Notes under the pieces: generated by a model
Told to the model about the DNA's origin: nothing
Databases searched by the model: none
The model's input: the letters and a program-made list of their open reading frames with translations, nothing else
Made by a program: the position numbers and the translations under genes
Assembly (NCBI GenBank): GCA_017694415.1
Contig: JADIMW010000015.1
Span: 3,638-67,637, forward strand
Source of the DNA: Candidatus Caccoplasma merdipullorum
Lineage (GTDB): Bacteria > Bacteroidota > Bacteroidia > Bacteroidales > G3-4614
Length of the DNA: 64,000 nucleotides
Reading direction: 5' to 3'
In this document: in pieces, positions 46,773-56,420 of the stretch
Numbering within the stretch: position 1 is the stretch's first letter
Layout of the letters: each line of letters starts with the position of its first letter

Positions 46773-47474
46773 CTAAAGTTTTTCGATTATCGACTTTATT
46801 ATGTTGAATGAAATTTCGGGGGCAATATTCCAAAAATCGTTATACAGGGCGATATTTTCCTTACTATCACCGACAGCAATATCGCTGATAATCTTCATGC
46901 AGGCGAATTTCGTCTTTTTCATATAGCATACCTGCGCTATTGCTGTCGATTCCATATCTACGGCAACAGCATCCGGAAATTCCCTCTGAATCCTTTCATA
47001 ATCCGTCTTGTCGGCAATAAAACTGTCGCCGCTGCACAATCTGCCGGGGTATATACTGTATTCCGACATCCCTTTGCATATATCGAGAATCCTTTCCGTA
47101 AGTTGCGCATCGCATGGAAAGGCTGTCGGGAAACCGCTTATCTGCCCGCGCGGCGACCCCTCGCCGCACCATGCGTCGTGATAAGTCGTGTCGGTACCTA
47201 TAACCACGTCCAAAGGCTTTGCCACGTTACCCAATCCTCCGGCAACCCCCGTGTTGATTATGCAATCGGGAGCGAAACGGTTTATTATTTCCATACATTT
47301 TATTGCAGAACATACTTTGCCGATTCCCGATTTGGTAAGAATTATTTCGTTATTCCCCACCTCTCCGGTTATTATTTCATCGCCGCTTTCAGTTGAAACA
47401 ATCTCCCGATTCTTAATCAAATCCTTCATCTGTTTCAACTCCTTTCCCATCGCAACGATAATACCTGTCCTCAT
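46773..47474 (-). CDS. mtnN: 5'-methylthioadenosine/S-adenosylhomocysteine nucleosidase
   Basis: MRTGIIVAMGKE..., SGIGKV, INTGVAGG, VDMES. Start at the internal ATG 47474. Confidence 0.9.
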   Translation of the reverse strand: MRTGIIVAMGKELKQMKDLIKNREIVSTESGDEIITGEVGNNEIILTKSGIGKVCSAIKCMEIINRFAPDCIINTGVAGGLGNVAKPLDVVIGTDTTYHDAWCGEGSPRGQISGFPTAFPCDAQLTERILDICKGMSEYSIYPGRLCSGDSFIADKTDYERIQREFPDAVAVDMESTAIAQVCYMKKTKFACMKIISDIAVGDSKENIALYNDFWNIAPEISFNIIKSIIEKL

Positions 47475-47478
47475 ATCT

Positions 47479-48522
47479 CTATTTAATTTTAAGTCTGTTA
47501 AGAGCGTTTCTGTATCTGTTCGCATTCCTGTTATGCTCGCTCAACGTGGTGGCGAAATTGTGTCTGCCCGAAAAATCCTCTTTGGCGCACATATACAGAT
47601 AGTTGTTTTTTTCAAAGTTGAGAACTGCGTTCAGTGCGGTTTTCGACGGAATCCTTATAGGCCCCGGAGGAAGCCCCGGATATTTATATGTATTGTACGG
47701 CGAGTCCGTTTCGAGGTGCTTGTTCAATATCCTCTTAAGCGAAAAATCCCCGACGGCGAACTTTACAGTAGGGTCGGCCTGAAGCAACATGCCCTTATTT
47801 AGCCTGTTTATGTAAAGACCTGCAACGCGGTTCATCTCTTCCGGTATCTTTGTCTCTTCCTCCACAATAGAGGCCAAGATGCTTACCTCGTAAGGAGTAA
47901 GCCCCGCATTTTTTGCAAGAGCCTTTCGCGTGTCGTTCCAGAACTTTCCGTATTCGCGTTTCATCCTTTTCATAAATGCGTAAGGTGCGGAACAGCGATA
48001 TACCTGATATGTATCCGGAAGGAACATGGAAACGATGCTTACCGTGTCGAAGCCCAGCGATTTGCATAAAACCGTATCGTTAAGCATTGCAAGGACGGTA
48101 TCGGCAGGAAGATTCAAATATTTCGACGTGGTTTCGGCAAGTTCCTGTTTGGTGCGGATATTGTTGAACGTATAGTTTACCGTGCTGTCGTCTCCCATTG
48201 TCAGCAGGCGGAAGAGCTGCAGCGGGGTCATGTCCGCCGTGAGGATGTAGCACCCGGGGTATCTGTCAGGTCGCCTCCTCCTTACCTTCAGCATCGTATC
48301 GACGAGCTTTGCATTTCTTGTGCCATATACAGGAGCAAGTTCATCATATAAACTCTGTCTGGTCGTCATCTCGTTTATATACAGTAGATGAGATTCGCCG
48401 CCAATCGGCTTGTTCAATACAATATATGCGTATATTGCGAAAGCAGCCAAAACTGCGGCTGTAACTGCGGCGGCAATTACAAGTCGTATTGTAAAAGGTT
48501 TTTTCAGGTTCTTTATTTTCAT
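47479..48522 (-). CDS. mltG: endolytic peptidoglycan transglycosylase MltG (YceG-like)
   Basis: N-terminal TM anchor. LASIVEEE, LQADPTV, YNTYKYPGLPPGPI. The start could be 48537 or 48522. Confidence 0.88.
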   Translation of the reverse strand: MKIKNLKKPFTIRLVIAAAVTAAVLAAFAIYAYIVLNKPIGGESHLLYINEMTTRQSLYDELAPVYGTRNAKLVDTMLKVRRRRPDRYPGCYILTADMTPLQLFRLLTMGDDSTVNYTFNNIRTKQELAETTSKYLNLPADTVLAMLNDTVLCKSLGFDTVSIVSMFLPDTYQVYRCSAPYAFMKRMKREYGKFWNDTRKALAKNAGLTPYEVSILASIVEEETKIPEEMNRVAGLYINRLNKGMLLQADPTVKFAVGDFSLKRILNKHLETDSPYNTYKYPGLPPGPIRIPSKTALNAVLNFEKNNYLYMCAKEDFSGRHNFATTLSEHNRNANRYRNALNRLKIK

Positions 48523-48693
48523 AATATATCGAAACAAAAGTAAGATTAAAATGCCGAATAATAAAATATGATGTCATGTAAAGACCTGTAATATTTCAAT
48601 TGAAAGTTATATGTAAATCATATCTAAAACATAAATGCTCCCCCGACGTTTAATTTAATGACCCGATTAACCTCCCTTTCCGGGCGTTTTTGT

Positions 48694-48701
48694 TATATTT
48701 G
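48694..48701 (+). promoter_or_regulatory. -7 box TATATTTG for aguB
   Basis: Exact TAnnTTTG about 72 nt upstream of the ATG. Confidence 0.4.
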
Positions 48702-48773
48702 CAAACCTGATAAAGAGGAAAGAGATTATTTCTCTTCGGTTTATGGAAACCGTGCATAGCTAAAGTAAACAAT

Positions 48774-49661
48774 ATGGGAGAGATACTTAAAGTAGGTATA
48801 GTGCAGCAATCGTGTGTTGCGGAAAAGCAGGCAAACCGCAGGAAGTTGCGAAACAGCGTTTTGGCATGTGTCGCGAAAGGGGCGGAGTTGATAGTGCTGC
48901 AGGAGTTGCACGATTCGCTCTATTTCTGTCAGACGGAGAATACCGCCATGTTCGACTTGGCCGAGCCTTTTCCCGGAGAAGCGACGCAGTTTTATTCATC
49001 GCTTGCGCTCGAGTGCGGGGCGGTAATAGTAACATCGTTGTTCGAAAAGCGCGCAGCCGGTTTATACCATAACACGGCAGTAGTGTTCGAGAAAGACGGC
49101 TCGATAGCCGGGAAGTACAGGAAAATGCATATACCCGATGACCCGGCATATTACGAGAAGTTCTATTTTACCCCCGGAGATATAGGGTTTGAGCCGATAA
49201 GCACCTCGGTAGGGCGTCTCGGCGTTATGGTCTGTTGGGATCAGTGGTATCCCGAAGCCGCACGTATTATGGCGATGAAAGGAGCCGAACTGCTGATATA
49301 TCCCACGGCTATAGGGTGGGAGAGCAGCGATGCTGATGAAGAGAAAGAACGGCAGCTGAATGCATGGATGACCGTACAGCGCGGACATGCTGTTGCAAAC
49401 GGTTTGCCCGTAATAGCCGTAAACAGGGTAGGGCACGAACCCGACCCGTCGGGACAGACTCGCGGCATAACTTTCTGGGGCAACAGTTTCGTTGCCGGGC
49501 CTCAAGGTGAAATTCTGTGGAGGGCGGAGTCGGACAAGGAAGTTTCGTCGGTAATAGACATCGACCGTAAAAGAACAGAGAATGTCAGAAGGTGGTGGCC
49601 GTTTTTGCGGGACAGAAGAATAGAATCATACAGCGAGATTGTTAAACGTTATATAGATTAG
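48774..49661 (+). CDS. aguB: N-carbamoylputrescine amidase (nitrilase superfamily)
   Basis: 295 aa. Catalytic triad context (LQE, YRKMHIPD, VCWDQWYPE). Confidence 0.85.
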   Translation: MGEILKVGIVQQSCVAEKQANRRKLRNSVLACVAKGAELIVLQELHDSLYFCQTENTAMFDLAEPFPGEATQFYSSLALECGAVIVTSLFEKRAAGLYHNTAVVFEKDGSIAGKYRKMHIPDDPAYYEKFYFTPGDIGFEPISTSVGRLGVMVCWDQWYPEAARIMAMKGAELLIYPTAIGWESSDADEEKERQLNAWMTVQRGHAVANGLPVIAVNRVGHEPDPSGQTRGITFWGNSFVAGPQGEILWRAESDKEVSSVIDIDRKRTENVRRWWPFLRDRRIESYSEIVKRYID

Positions 49662-49674
49662 AACAGTATTTGAT

Positions 49675-50865
49675 ATGGCAAACGAAATAGTAAAAGGGAT
49701 ATTTTATGTGGGGGTGGATGACAGGCAAACCGAGTTGTTCGAGAATTTGTGGCCTCTTCCCTTCGGAGTAAGTTATAATTCCTACATAATAAAGGACAAT
49801 AAAAATGTACTTATAGATACCGTTGAGCATACATACGGCGAAGAGTTCTTTTGCAAGGTTAAGGAGGTGCTCGGTGAATCGCCGGTCGATTATCTGGTTA
49901 TAAACCACATGGAACCCGACCATTCATCCTCCATAATCGAGTTGAAACGTCGTTATCCGGATGTGAAAATTATCGGAAATGCAAAGACGCTGGCAATGCT
50001 GAACGGCTTTTATGCCGTTACCGATAACGTTGTGGAGGTAAAAGACGGCGAATCGTTGTCGATAGGGGAAAATACCCTTACGTTCCATTTGACCCCCATG
50101 GTACACTGGCCGGAGACGCAGATGACATATTTACCCGAAAAGAAAGTCTTGTTTTCGGGCGACGCATTCGGAACGTTCGGAGCATTGAACGGCAAAGTGG
50201 TAGATGAAGAGATAGACGTGTCGCAGTATTGGGACGAGATGTACCGGTACTATTCCAATATAGTCGGCAAGTACGGCATGCCGGTCGAAAAAGCCATTGC
50301 GAAACTCGGATGCCTTCCGATAGAATATATCTGCTCCACACACGGACCTGTATGGAAAAAGCATATATCCGAGGTTGTAAATGTATATTCCCACATGGCT
50401 CGTTATGAAGGGAACAGCGGAGTCGTAGTCGTTTACGGAAGCATGTACGGACATACGGCAGGGATGGCGAAAACCATAGCCGAAGCATTAACCGATGCCG
50501 GTATAAAAGATGTAGTACTTCATGACGTTTCGAAAAGCGACATGTCGTATATATTGCGCGACATATTCAAATACAAGGGGCTGATAATAGGTGCGCCTAC
50601 ATATAGCGGCGACATATTCCCCAAAGTGGAGGCTTTACTTTCGCAGATAACGCTGCGCGGAGTAAAAGGAAGAGTATTCGGGTGTTTTGGCTCGTTCTCG
50701 TGGGCAGGCGTAGCGGTAAAACGCCTTACGTCATTTGCCGAACATATGAAGTGGGGAGTAACAGGAACCCCGGTAGAAATGAAACAGGGCGGAACGGGAG
50801 TCGATATAAAAGCTGCATGCAAGGCACTTGCAATATCGGTAGCGGAAGCCGTGAAAGAAGCGTAG
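49675..50865 (+). CDS. FprA-family A-type flavoprotein (flavodiiron protein: metallo-beta-lactamase-like + flavodoxin-like domains)
   Basis: Di-iron ligand motif HMEPDHS. The C-terminal flavodoxin-like half starts VVVYGSMYGHT. Confidence 0.88.
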   Translation: MANEIVKGIFYVGVDDRQTELFENLWPLPFGVSYNSYIIKDNKNVLIDTVEHTYGEEFFCKVKEVLGESPVDYLVINHMEPDHSSSIIELKRRYPDVKIIGNAKTLAMLNGFYAVTDNVVEVKDGESLSIGENTLTFHLTPMVHWPETQMTYLPEKKVLFSGDAFGTFGALNGKVVDEEIDVSQYWDEMYRYYSNIVGKYGMPVEKAIAKLGCLPIEYICSTHGPVWKKHISEVVNVYSHMARYEGNSGVVVVYGSMYGHTAGMAKTIAEALTDAGIKDVVLHDVSKSDMSYILRDIFKYKGLIIGAPTYSGDIFPKVEALLSQITLRGVKGRVFGCFGSFSWAGVAVKRLTSFAEHMKWGVTGTPVEMKQGGTGVDIKAACKALAISVAEAVKEA

Positions 50866-50890
50866 ATAAAACAGCTTCGTACATTTGTGC

Positions 50891-50936
50891 AAAAAAGGCG
50901 GCACGTTTTCAAATAGTGAAGCGCGCCGCCTTTTTT
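50891..50936. terminator. bidirectional terminator
   Basis: AAAAAAGGCGGC (50891-50902) ... GCCGCCTTTTTT (50925-50936). Confidence 0.65.
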
Positions 50937-50997
50937 AATTGTCAATTCGTTATCTGTTTGCCGAACAGATATCGGCGCGTATCGGATACCGCACTTT

Positions 50998-52140
50998 TCA
51001 AGGACGCCTTATTCTTATTCTAAGTGCACCCTCAAGAGGAGTGTCGCATACGAGTATAAGGTAGCCTCCGCCACCCGCACCGCTCAGTTTCCACCCTTTT
51101 ACGTCGGGATTGTTCCGGTATTTCTCTATCTGTTCCATTATGTCGGGAGATACCATGTTCGGAATCATTTTTATCTGAGCCTCGAAGCTCTCCGTTACGC
51201 TTTTCCCGAAACCGTCGATGTTTTCGTCTATTATATTTTTCCAGCAATTGTCGGCGGCAAGGCTTAATGCCGATGCATTTGTTTCGTTTATATCCGTGTT
51301 TTCAAATACGTCGTAGTCCTCGTGTCTCGGATAGAGTTGCACAAGACATATATGCTGTTCTATCCACGACAATATTTTTTCGTCGCAGATGCTGCTTATC
51401 TTTTCAGGCCAGTAATCGCCGTTATAGTCGAGCCTGTTAAGACCGGGCATTACAATCCCTATGGAGTCCTGCGAGCCGCTTACATATTTTACTCCCGGGG
51501 GATTTTCATAGCAAAAGAGGGTTTTGGCAAGTTTCTCTTTGTCTCCGTCGGGAATATCGGTTTGCCACAGTTCGATGGCTTTTTTCCTCGAGCTTGTGGA
51601 CATCCCGCTGCGGTCGTTGAAATCGTAGTCCGGCTCTATCGACACTGTAAGGACGGCTCCCGCTGCATATTTGCTTACATACGGTTGATCCAGCCATCCG
51701 CCGGCGAGGTCTATTCTAAACGGTATTTTGCACTCTTTCCTTAATGCCGTAGTGGAGCGAGCCGGCAAATCGCCGTGCGGAATCCTTTCGCTGACTTTGT
51801 ATTCTATGCCGAGTTCTTTGCAAAGTTTTGCCTTTGCAGGAGAATCTCCGTCGCTGTTTACAAAGAATATATCGGGTTTGAGAGCTTTCAATTCATTCTC
51901 AAAATCGAGTATCCCGGAGCCGCTGTTTATCCATGCGTCTTTTACGCTTTTTAGGGCCTTTACCATATACAGACGTTCTTTTTCTGGATTTACGGTCTTG
52001 CGGGCTTTCAGGTCGTATATGGTCTTATCCGAGCCTATGCCTACATACAAGTCTCCGTATTTTGCAGCTTCTTCAAAAAATGCCACGTGTCCGCTGTGCA
52101 GCATGTCATAGCATCCCGATACAAAAACCTTTTTCTTCAT
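50998..52140 (-). CDS. fusion protein: N-terminal cytidylyl/adenylyl-transferase-like domain + C-terminal GHMP sugar kinase (fucokinase/HddA-like)
   Basis: The N-terminus has VSGCYDMLHSGHVAFF (HxGH nucleotidyltransferase motif). The C-terminal half has RIDLAGGWLDQP, a degenerate motif II (RSGMSTSS) and KLSGAGGGGYLIL. Confidence 0.75.
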   Translation of the reverse strand: MKKKVFVSGCYDMLHSGHVAFFEEAAKYGDLYVGIGSDKTIYDLKARKTVNPEKERLYMVKALKSVKDAWINSGSGILDFENELKALKPDIFFVNSDGDSPAKAKLCKELGIEYKVSERIPHGDLPARSTTALRKECKIPFRIDLAGGWLDQPYVSKYAAGAVLTVSIEPDYDFNDRSGMSTSSRKKAIELWQTDIPDGDKEKLAKTLFCYENPPGVKYVSGSQDSIGIVMPGLNRLDYNGDYWPEKISSICDEKILSWIEQHICLVQLYPRHEDYDVFENTDINETNASALSLAADNCWKNIIDENIDGFGKSVTESFEAQIKMIPNMVSPDIMEQIEKYRNNPDVKGWKLSGAGGGGYLILVCDTPLEGALRIRIRRP

Positions 52141-52265
52141 TTTTTATATTCCTTCTGTTATTATTCGCTCTATTTACAGTAAAAACAGTTTACCCGATTT
52201 ATGACTTTTGAGAGTGTCTTATATACCGCCATTTGCCTTGTCTGTATCCGGAGTCTCCTTTTCCG

Positions 52266-53345
52266 TCAGGACTTTTTCTGCTGTTCCTCAATTTCTCTTT
52301 TTTCTTTCAGATTCCCTTCCGAATCGTATATCAAAAGAATCTCGCCATTGTCTATTACCGTGGCGTTATCTTCATTCTCTATTATTGCGGAATGTCCTTT
52401 GCAGATATATGCGATGCAGTTGTGCGAGTTTATAAATGTTGCGTCTCCCACATACGAGTTGTCGTTTTCGTCGTGCGGAATATTCTCCCTTAACGAACCC
52501 CATGAACCGAGATCCGACCACCCGAAGTCTGCTGGTATTACGAATATGTTGTCGGCTTTCTCCATAATGGCGTAATCGACCGATATTTTCGGGGCGGATT
52601 CGTATCCTTTGGCCGTTTCTTCTTTTTCGCACGGTTTGCCGAAATGTACGCTTAAAGTATCGAATATCTCCGCTATCTCGGGCGCATGTTTTTGAAACGA
52701 CTCTATTAATGTGGGGAGGTTCCACAGGAACATCCCGGAGTTCCAGTAATAGTTGCCTGCCGCCAGATACTCTTTTGCCTTTTCCAAGTTCGGTTTTTCC
52801 TTAAAAGACAAGACTCTTTTTACCGTGGTGTCGCTGTTGTCGGCTGCAATATACCCGTATTCGGTATGCGGCGATGTCGGCGAGATGCCAACGGTTACTA
52901 TTGCATTGTTCTTCTCTATGAAGGCGAGTGCCGTAGAGAGCGTTTCTACGAAAGTATCGGTATCTTTTACCAGATGGTCGGAGGGAGTTACTATTATCTC
53001 GGCATCGGGCGAAACCGATTTTATTTTCCACCCTACGTATGCAATGCAGGGTGCCGTGTTACGCATGCATGGCTCCAGCAATATGTTTTCGCGTGGAACG
53101 TCCGGTAGCTGTTCGTATATTATATTCCTGTATTTTTCGGATGTAACGACCCAAATGTTCTTTGTCGGGACCAGTCTTGAAAACCTTTCAGCCGTTTGCT
53201 GCAGCAGCGTTTTTCCGCAGCCGAGAATGTCAATGAACTGCTTTGGCTTTTCAGGAGTGCTCAAAGGCCAGAAACGGCTGCCTATGCCTCCTGCCATTAT
53301 GACAAGATGTTTGTTCTCCTGTTGTATGTTTTCTATCGGCTTCAT
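52266..53345 (-). CDS. mannose-1-phosphate guanylyltransferase-like sugar nucleotidyltransferase
   Basis: IMAGGIGSRFWPLS (GxGxRxxPxS) N-terminal motif. 359 aa, with no cupin/PMI domain. Confidence 0.8.
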   Translation of the reverse strand: MKPIENIQQENKHLVIMAGGIGSRFWPLSTPEKPKQFIDILGCGKTLLQQTAERFSRLVPTKNIWVVTSEKYRNIIYEQLPDVPRENILLEPCMRNTAPCIAYVGWKIKSVSPDAEIIVTPSDHLVKDTDTFVETLSTALAFIEKNNAIVTVGISPTSPHTEYGYIAADNSDTTVKRVLSFKEKPNLEKAKEYLAAGNYYWNSGMFLWNLPTLIESFQKHAPEIAEIFDTLSVHFGKPCEKEETAKGYESAPKISVDYAIMEKADNIFVIPADFGWSDLGSWGSLRENIPHDENDNSYVGDATFINSHNCIAYICKGHSAIIENEDNATVIDNGEILLIYDSEGNLKEKREIEEQQKKS

Positions 53346-53369
53346 ACCGGCGTTATTTTATTTTTTTGT

Positions 53370-55427
53370 TTATTTCTTATCCAGTTGTTCGAATACGGAG
53401 TTCTGGCTTATGTACTCCGGTACAATCTCTTTCATTTTTTTTACAATCTGCATCGAATCGCCATGTTCCGCTATGTTCAGCAGGTTGTCGATTAACGGGG
53501 ATACATCGTTGTAATCGTATTCACGTACTTTACCCACCATTATCTTCTCATGTATGGTGGCTGTTGTCGATTCTTTATCGTTGAGAACTTCTTCATACAG
53601 TTTCTCCCCATGTCTCAAACCTGTTTCCACAATATCTATGTCGATATACGGTTTTAGCCCCGACAACATTATCATTCGTTTAGCCATTTCGTATATTTTC
53701 ACGGGGTGTCCCATGTCGAATACGAATATTTCGCCGCCTTTACCTATGCATCCGGCTTCGAGAACCAACTCGCACGCTTCGGGGATTGTCATGAAGTAAC
53801 GTACTATTCTCTTGTCGGTAATAGTAATGGGACCTCCTTCGGTTATCTGTTCTTTGAAAAGCGGGACTACCGAACCGTTGCTGCCCAATACATTCCCGAA
53901 ACGTGTGGTCATGAACTGTGTGGAAGAGGAATTTTCCTTCTTTATTTTTAATGCCAACGACTGTACATATATTTCGGCCAGACGTTTCGACGCCCCCATG
54001 ACGTTTGTCGGATTTACGGCTTTGTCGGTCGAAATCATTACGAATTTTTCAACGTTGTATTTCAGCGACATGTCCGCAAGATTTTTCGACCCTCCTACGT
54101 TGGTGCGAACCGATTCTCCCGGATGCAGTTCCATCATAGGTACATGTTTGTATGCCGCTGCATGGAATACCACTTGCGGGGAGTATTTTATAAACGCTTC
54201 TTCAAGACGGATTTTATTTCTTATATCGCCGATGAACAATACTACTTTGTCTTTGTATCCGTTTTTCTTTGTCTCGAGGTATAAGTTGTGCATTGGTGTT
54301 TCGGCATTGTCGAACAGAATAATCTGTCTTGCGTTGAGCCTGCTCAACTGCCTTACTATCTCACTCCCTATCGAGCCTGCGGCTCCTGTTACCATTACGC
54401 ATTTCCCCTCTATGTACTCCCTTATTTGAGTATTGTCCAGCTTTATCTCGTCGCGTTCAAGCAAATCCTCTATCTGCAGGTTCTGGATATTGGAAGATAC
54501 GGAGATGCTTTTATCACCTTTGCGGTGTTCGATGGAGTTTTCGTAAAACTGCATCACTTTTATATTGGCATACAGGAACGGGTCGATACCCCCGTTTTTG
54601 AGAGCCTTTATGTGCGTCTGTTCGAAAATCATCGTATCGCACCGGTATTTGGCAAATATCTCCACGACTTTCTCGGGGTCATATTTAACCATCGGGATAC
54701 CGTCTATCTCGAAAGCCGCAGACTTGTCGTTGTCAATCTGAAGCAAGGCTACGGGAACATATTTGCTTTGTTCTTCGTCGCGCAGTTTCTTTGCCAGTAT
54801 TGCCGATTCCGGATTAGTACCCAGAACCATAACCCGGGTTCTGTCTTTTATGTTTTCGGCAATCTTTTCGTTGTACAGATATTTTATGCCGAATCTCATT
54901 ACTGCAAGATTCAGCATGACCAGCATGCCCAAGATAACCTGCATCAGGAACGAGTCGAATATCGGTTCTCCTGTTACGTGTCGTGTGATTTCTGAAACTA
55001 TGTACAGTGTAAATATTGCAGTGATTACGGAGACGAAAAGGCGCAGGGCATCTCTTGTGCCGGAATATCGTACAATACCCCTGTATGTCCTGAATATGAA
55101 GAACGACGCGGCGAATACCACTATCGTAGAGACGAACCTTTCCATAAATCCGTCCATAAGATAGTAGCTCGGCATACGGAGAAGAGTACCCCTCATCAAA
55201 TCCAGTATAAAAGACGAAATGGCGACAATTGTTATATCCGTTGCAAATACAAGGTATCGCGGGGTATATCTGTTTCCGAGTTTAAACAGATGTCTTTTTA
55301 TACGCATGTTTCGGATATGCTTCGATTTCGATTTGTTACAAAAAAACCTTTTAAACGGAGAAAATATTTTGTCCGATATATTAGGATTTTTGTCAGTATG
55401 TGTATTTCCCGATTTGTTGTTTTTCAT
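53370..55427 (-). CDS. membrane-anchored nucleotide-sugar 4,6-dehydratase (CapD/WbpM/PglF family)
   Basis: N-terminal TM helices. SDR motifs VTGAAGSIGSE and YKHV..ME, plus FVMISTDKAVNP. The start may be an internal Met. Confidence 0.85.
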   Translation of the reverse strand: MKNNKSGNTHTDKNPNISDKIFSPFKRFFCNKSKSKHIRNMRIKRHLFKLGNRYTPRYLVFATDITIVAISSFILDLMRGTLLRMPSYYLMDGFMERFVSTIVVFAASFFIFRTYRGIVRYSGTRDALRLFVSVITAIFTLYIVSEITRHVTGEPIFDSFLMQVILGMLVMLNLAVMRFGIKYLYNEKIAENIKDRTRVMVLGTNPESAILAKKLRDEEQSKYVPVALLQIDNDKSAAFEIDGIPMVKYDPEKVVEIFAKYRCDTMIFEQTHIKALKNGGIDPFLYANIKVMQFYENSIEHRKGDKSISVSSNIQNLQIEDLLERDEIKLDNTQIREYIEGKCVMVTGAAGSIGSEIVRQLSRLNARQIILFDNAETPMHNLYLETKKNGYKDKVVLFIGDIRNKIRLEEAFIKYSPQVVFHAAAYKHVPMMELHPGESVRTNVGGSKNLADMSLKYNVEKFVMISTDKAVNPTNVMGASKRLAEIYVQSLALKIKKENSSSTQFMTTRFGNVLGSNGSVVPLFKEQITEGGPITITDKRIVRYFMTIPEACELVLEAGCIGKGGEIFVFDMGHPVKIYEMAKRMIMLSGLKPYIDIDIVETGLRHGEKLYEEVLNDKESTTATIHEKIMVGKVREYDYNDVSPLIDNLLNIAEHGDSMQIVKKMKEIVPEYISQNSVFEQLDKK

Positions 55428-55433
55428 GGATAT

Positions 55434-56420
55434 TTACTTTTTGTTAATTTGCCCTGCTGCATTCATGTGCAGCCCGAAATATGCTCTCATAAATATTATA
55501 TAGAGGATACTCAGCAATACGATTGAGCCGGCCAGATACCAGTAGCAATATTCGAAAAGCAGGAAATATCCGACCATGAACAATGCTTGTATTGTGAAAT
55601 ACAGGGATGAAACTACGAGGTGTGGCATTTTCAGTTCGTTAGCCATAATCTGGTATGCATGTTTGCGGTGAGCTTCGAAAATGTTCTCCTTAAGCATAAT
55701 CCTGTGTATTATGGTAAGAATCGTATCTACTCCGTACAGCAATAAAACTATTATGTAACTTAAGTTCCCTGTTGCTACAATCAGTTTGCCAAGCATGAAA
55801 AGCAGTATGAATGCTATGCTGACCGAACCTACGTCGCCGGCAAAGCATTTTGCTTTTTTCCTGAAGTTGAAGAATGAGAATACCAGCAATCCGGCAATTA
55901 CGACATATATGAATTGCGGGTCGATGAAACGTATCTGAAAATAGTCGATATACAGCAGCGACAGGAAAGCGGCAAGCGAATATGCTCCGGTAATACCGTT
56001 TATGCCGTCCATGAAGTTATATGCGTTTATAACCCCGGCGCAAACCACCAGTGCCGCCAACGCGAACCATACGGGATATTCCCCGCTGAAAATGCCGAGT
56101 TGGACAAACATCAGCATCATGGATATAAATTGCAATATCATCCGTTTTCCCGAACTTAAGGACGATATGTCGTCGGCGAAACTTACTATTGTTATAAGCG
56201 TCAGTCCCGCCATAAACCAATACTGTTCGAATCCGCTAAGGACGAAATAGTACAGTGCCGAAAAATAGAATATTATTCCTCCACCGCGCAATGTTACGGA
56301 TTTATGCGAACTGCGTTCGTTGGGTCTGTCGATTATATTGTATTTGTCGGCTATCTTGAAATACGCCAGCTCTACAAGCAGCAGAACGGGAATCGATATT
56401 ACTGCAAGAATCTGGCTCAT
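55434..56420 (-). CDS. polyprenyl-phosphate HexNAc-1-phosphate transferase (MraY/WecA/WbpL family initiating transferase)
   Basis: About 10 TM helices. NAYNFMDGINGI motif. Confidence 0.82.
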   Translation of the reverse strand: MSQILAVISIPVLLLVELAYFKIADKYNIIDRPNERSSHKSVTLRGGGIIFYFSALYYFVLSGFEQYWFMAGLTLITIVSFADDISSLSSGKRMILQFISMMLMFVQLGIFSGEYPVWFALAALVVCAGVINAYNFMDGINGITGAYSLAAFLSLLYIDYFQIRFIDPQFIYVVIAGLLVFSFFNFRKKAKCFAGDVGSVSIAFILLFMLGKLIVATGNLSYIIVLLLYGVDTILTIIHRIMLKENIFEAHRKHAYQIMANELKMPHLVVSSLYFTIQALFMVGYFLLFEYCYWYLAGSIVLLSILYIIFMRAYFGLHMNAAGQINKK

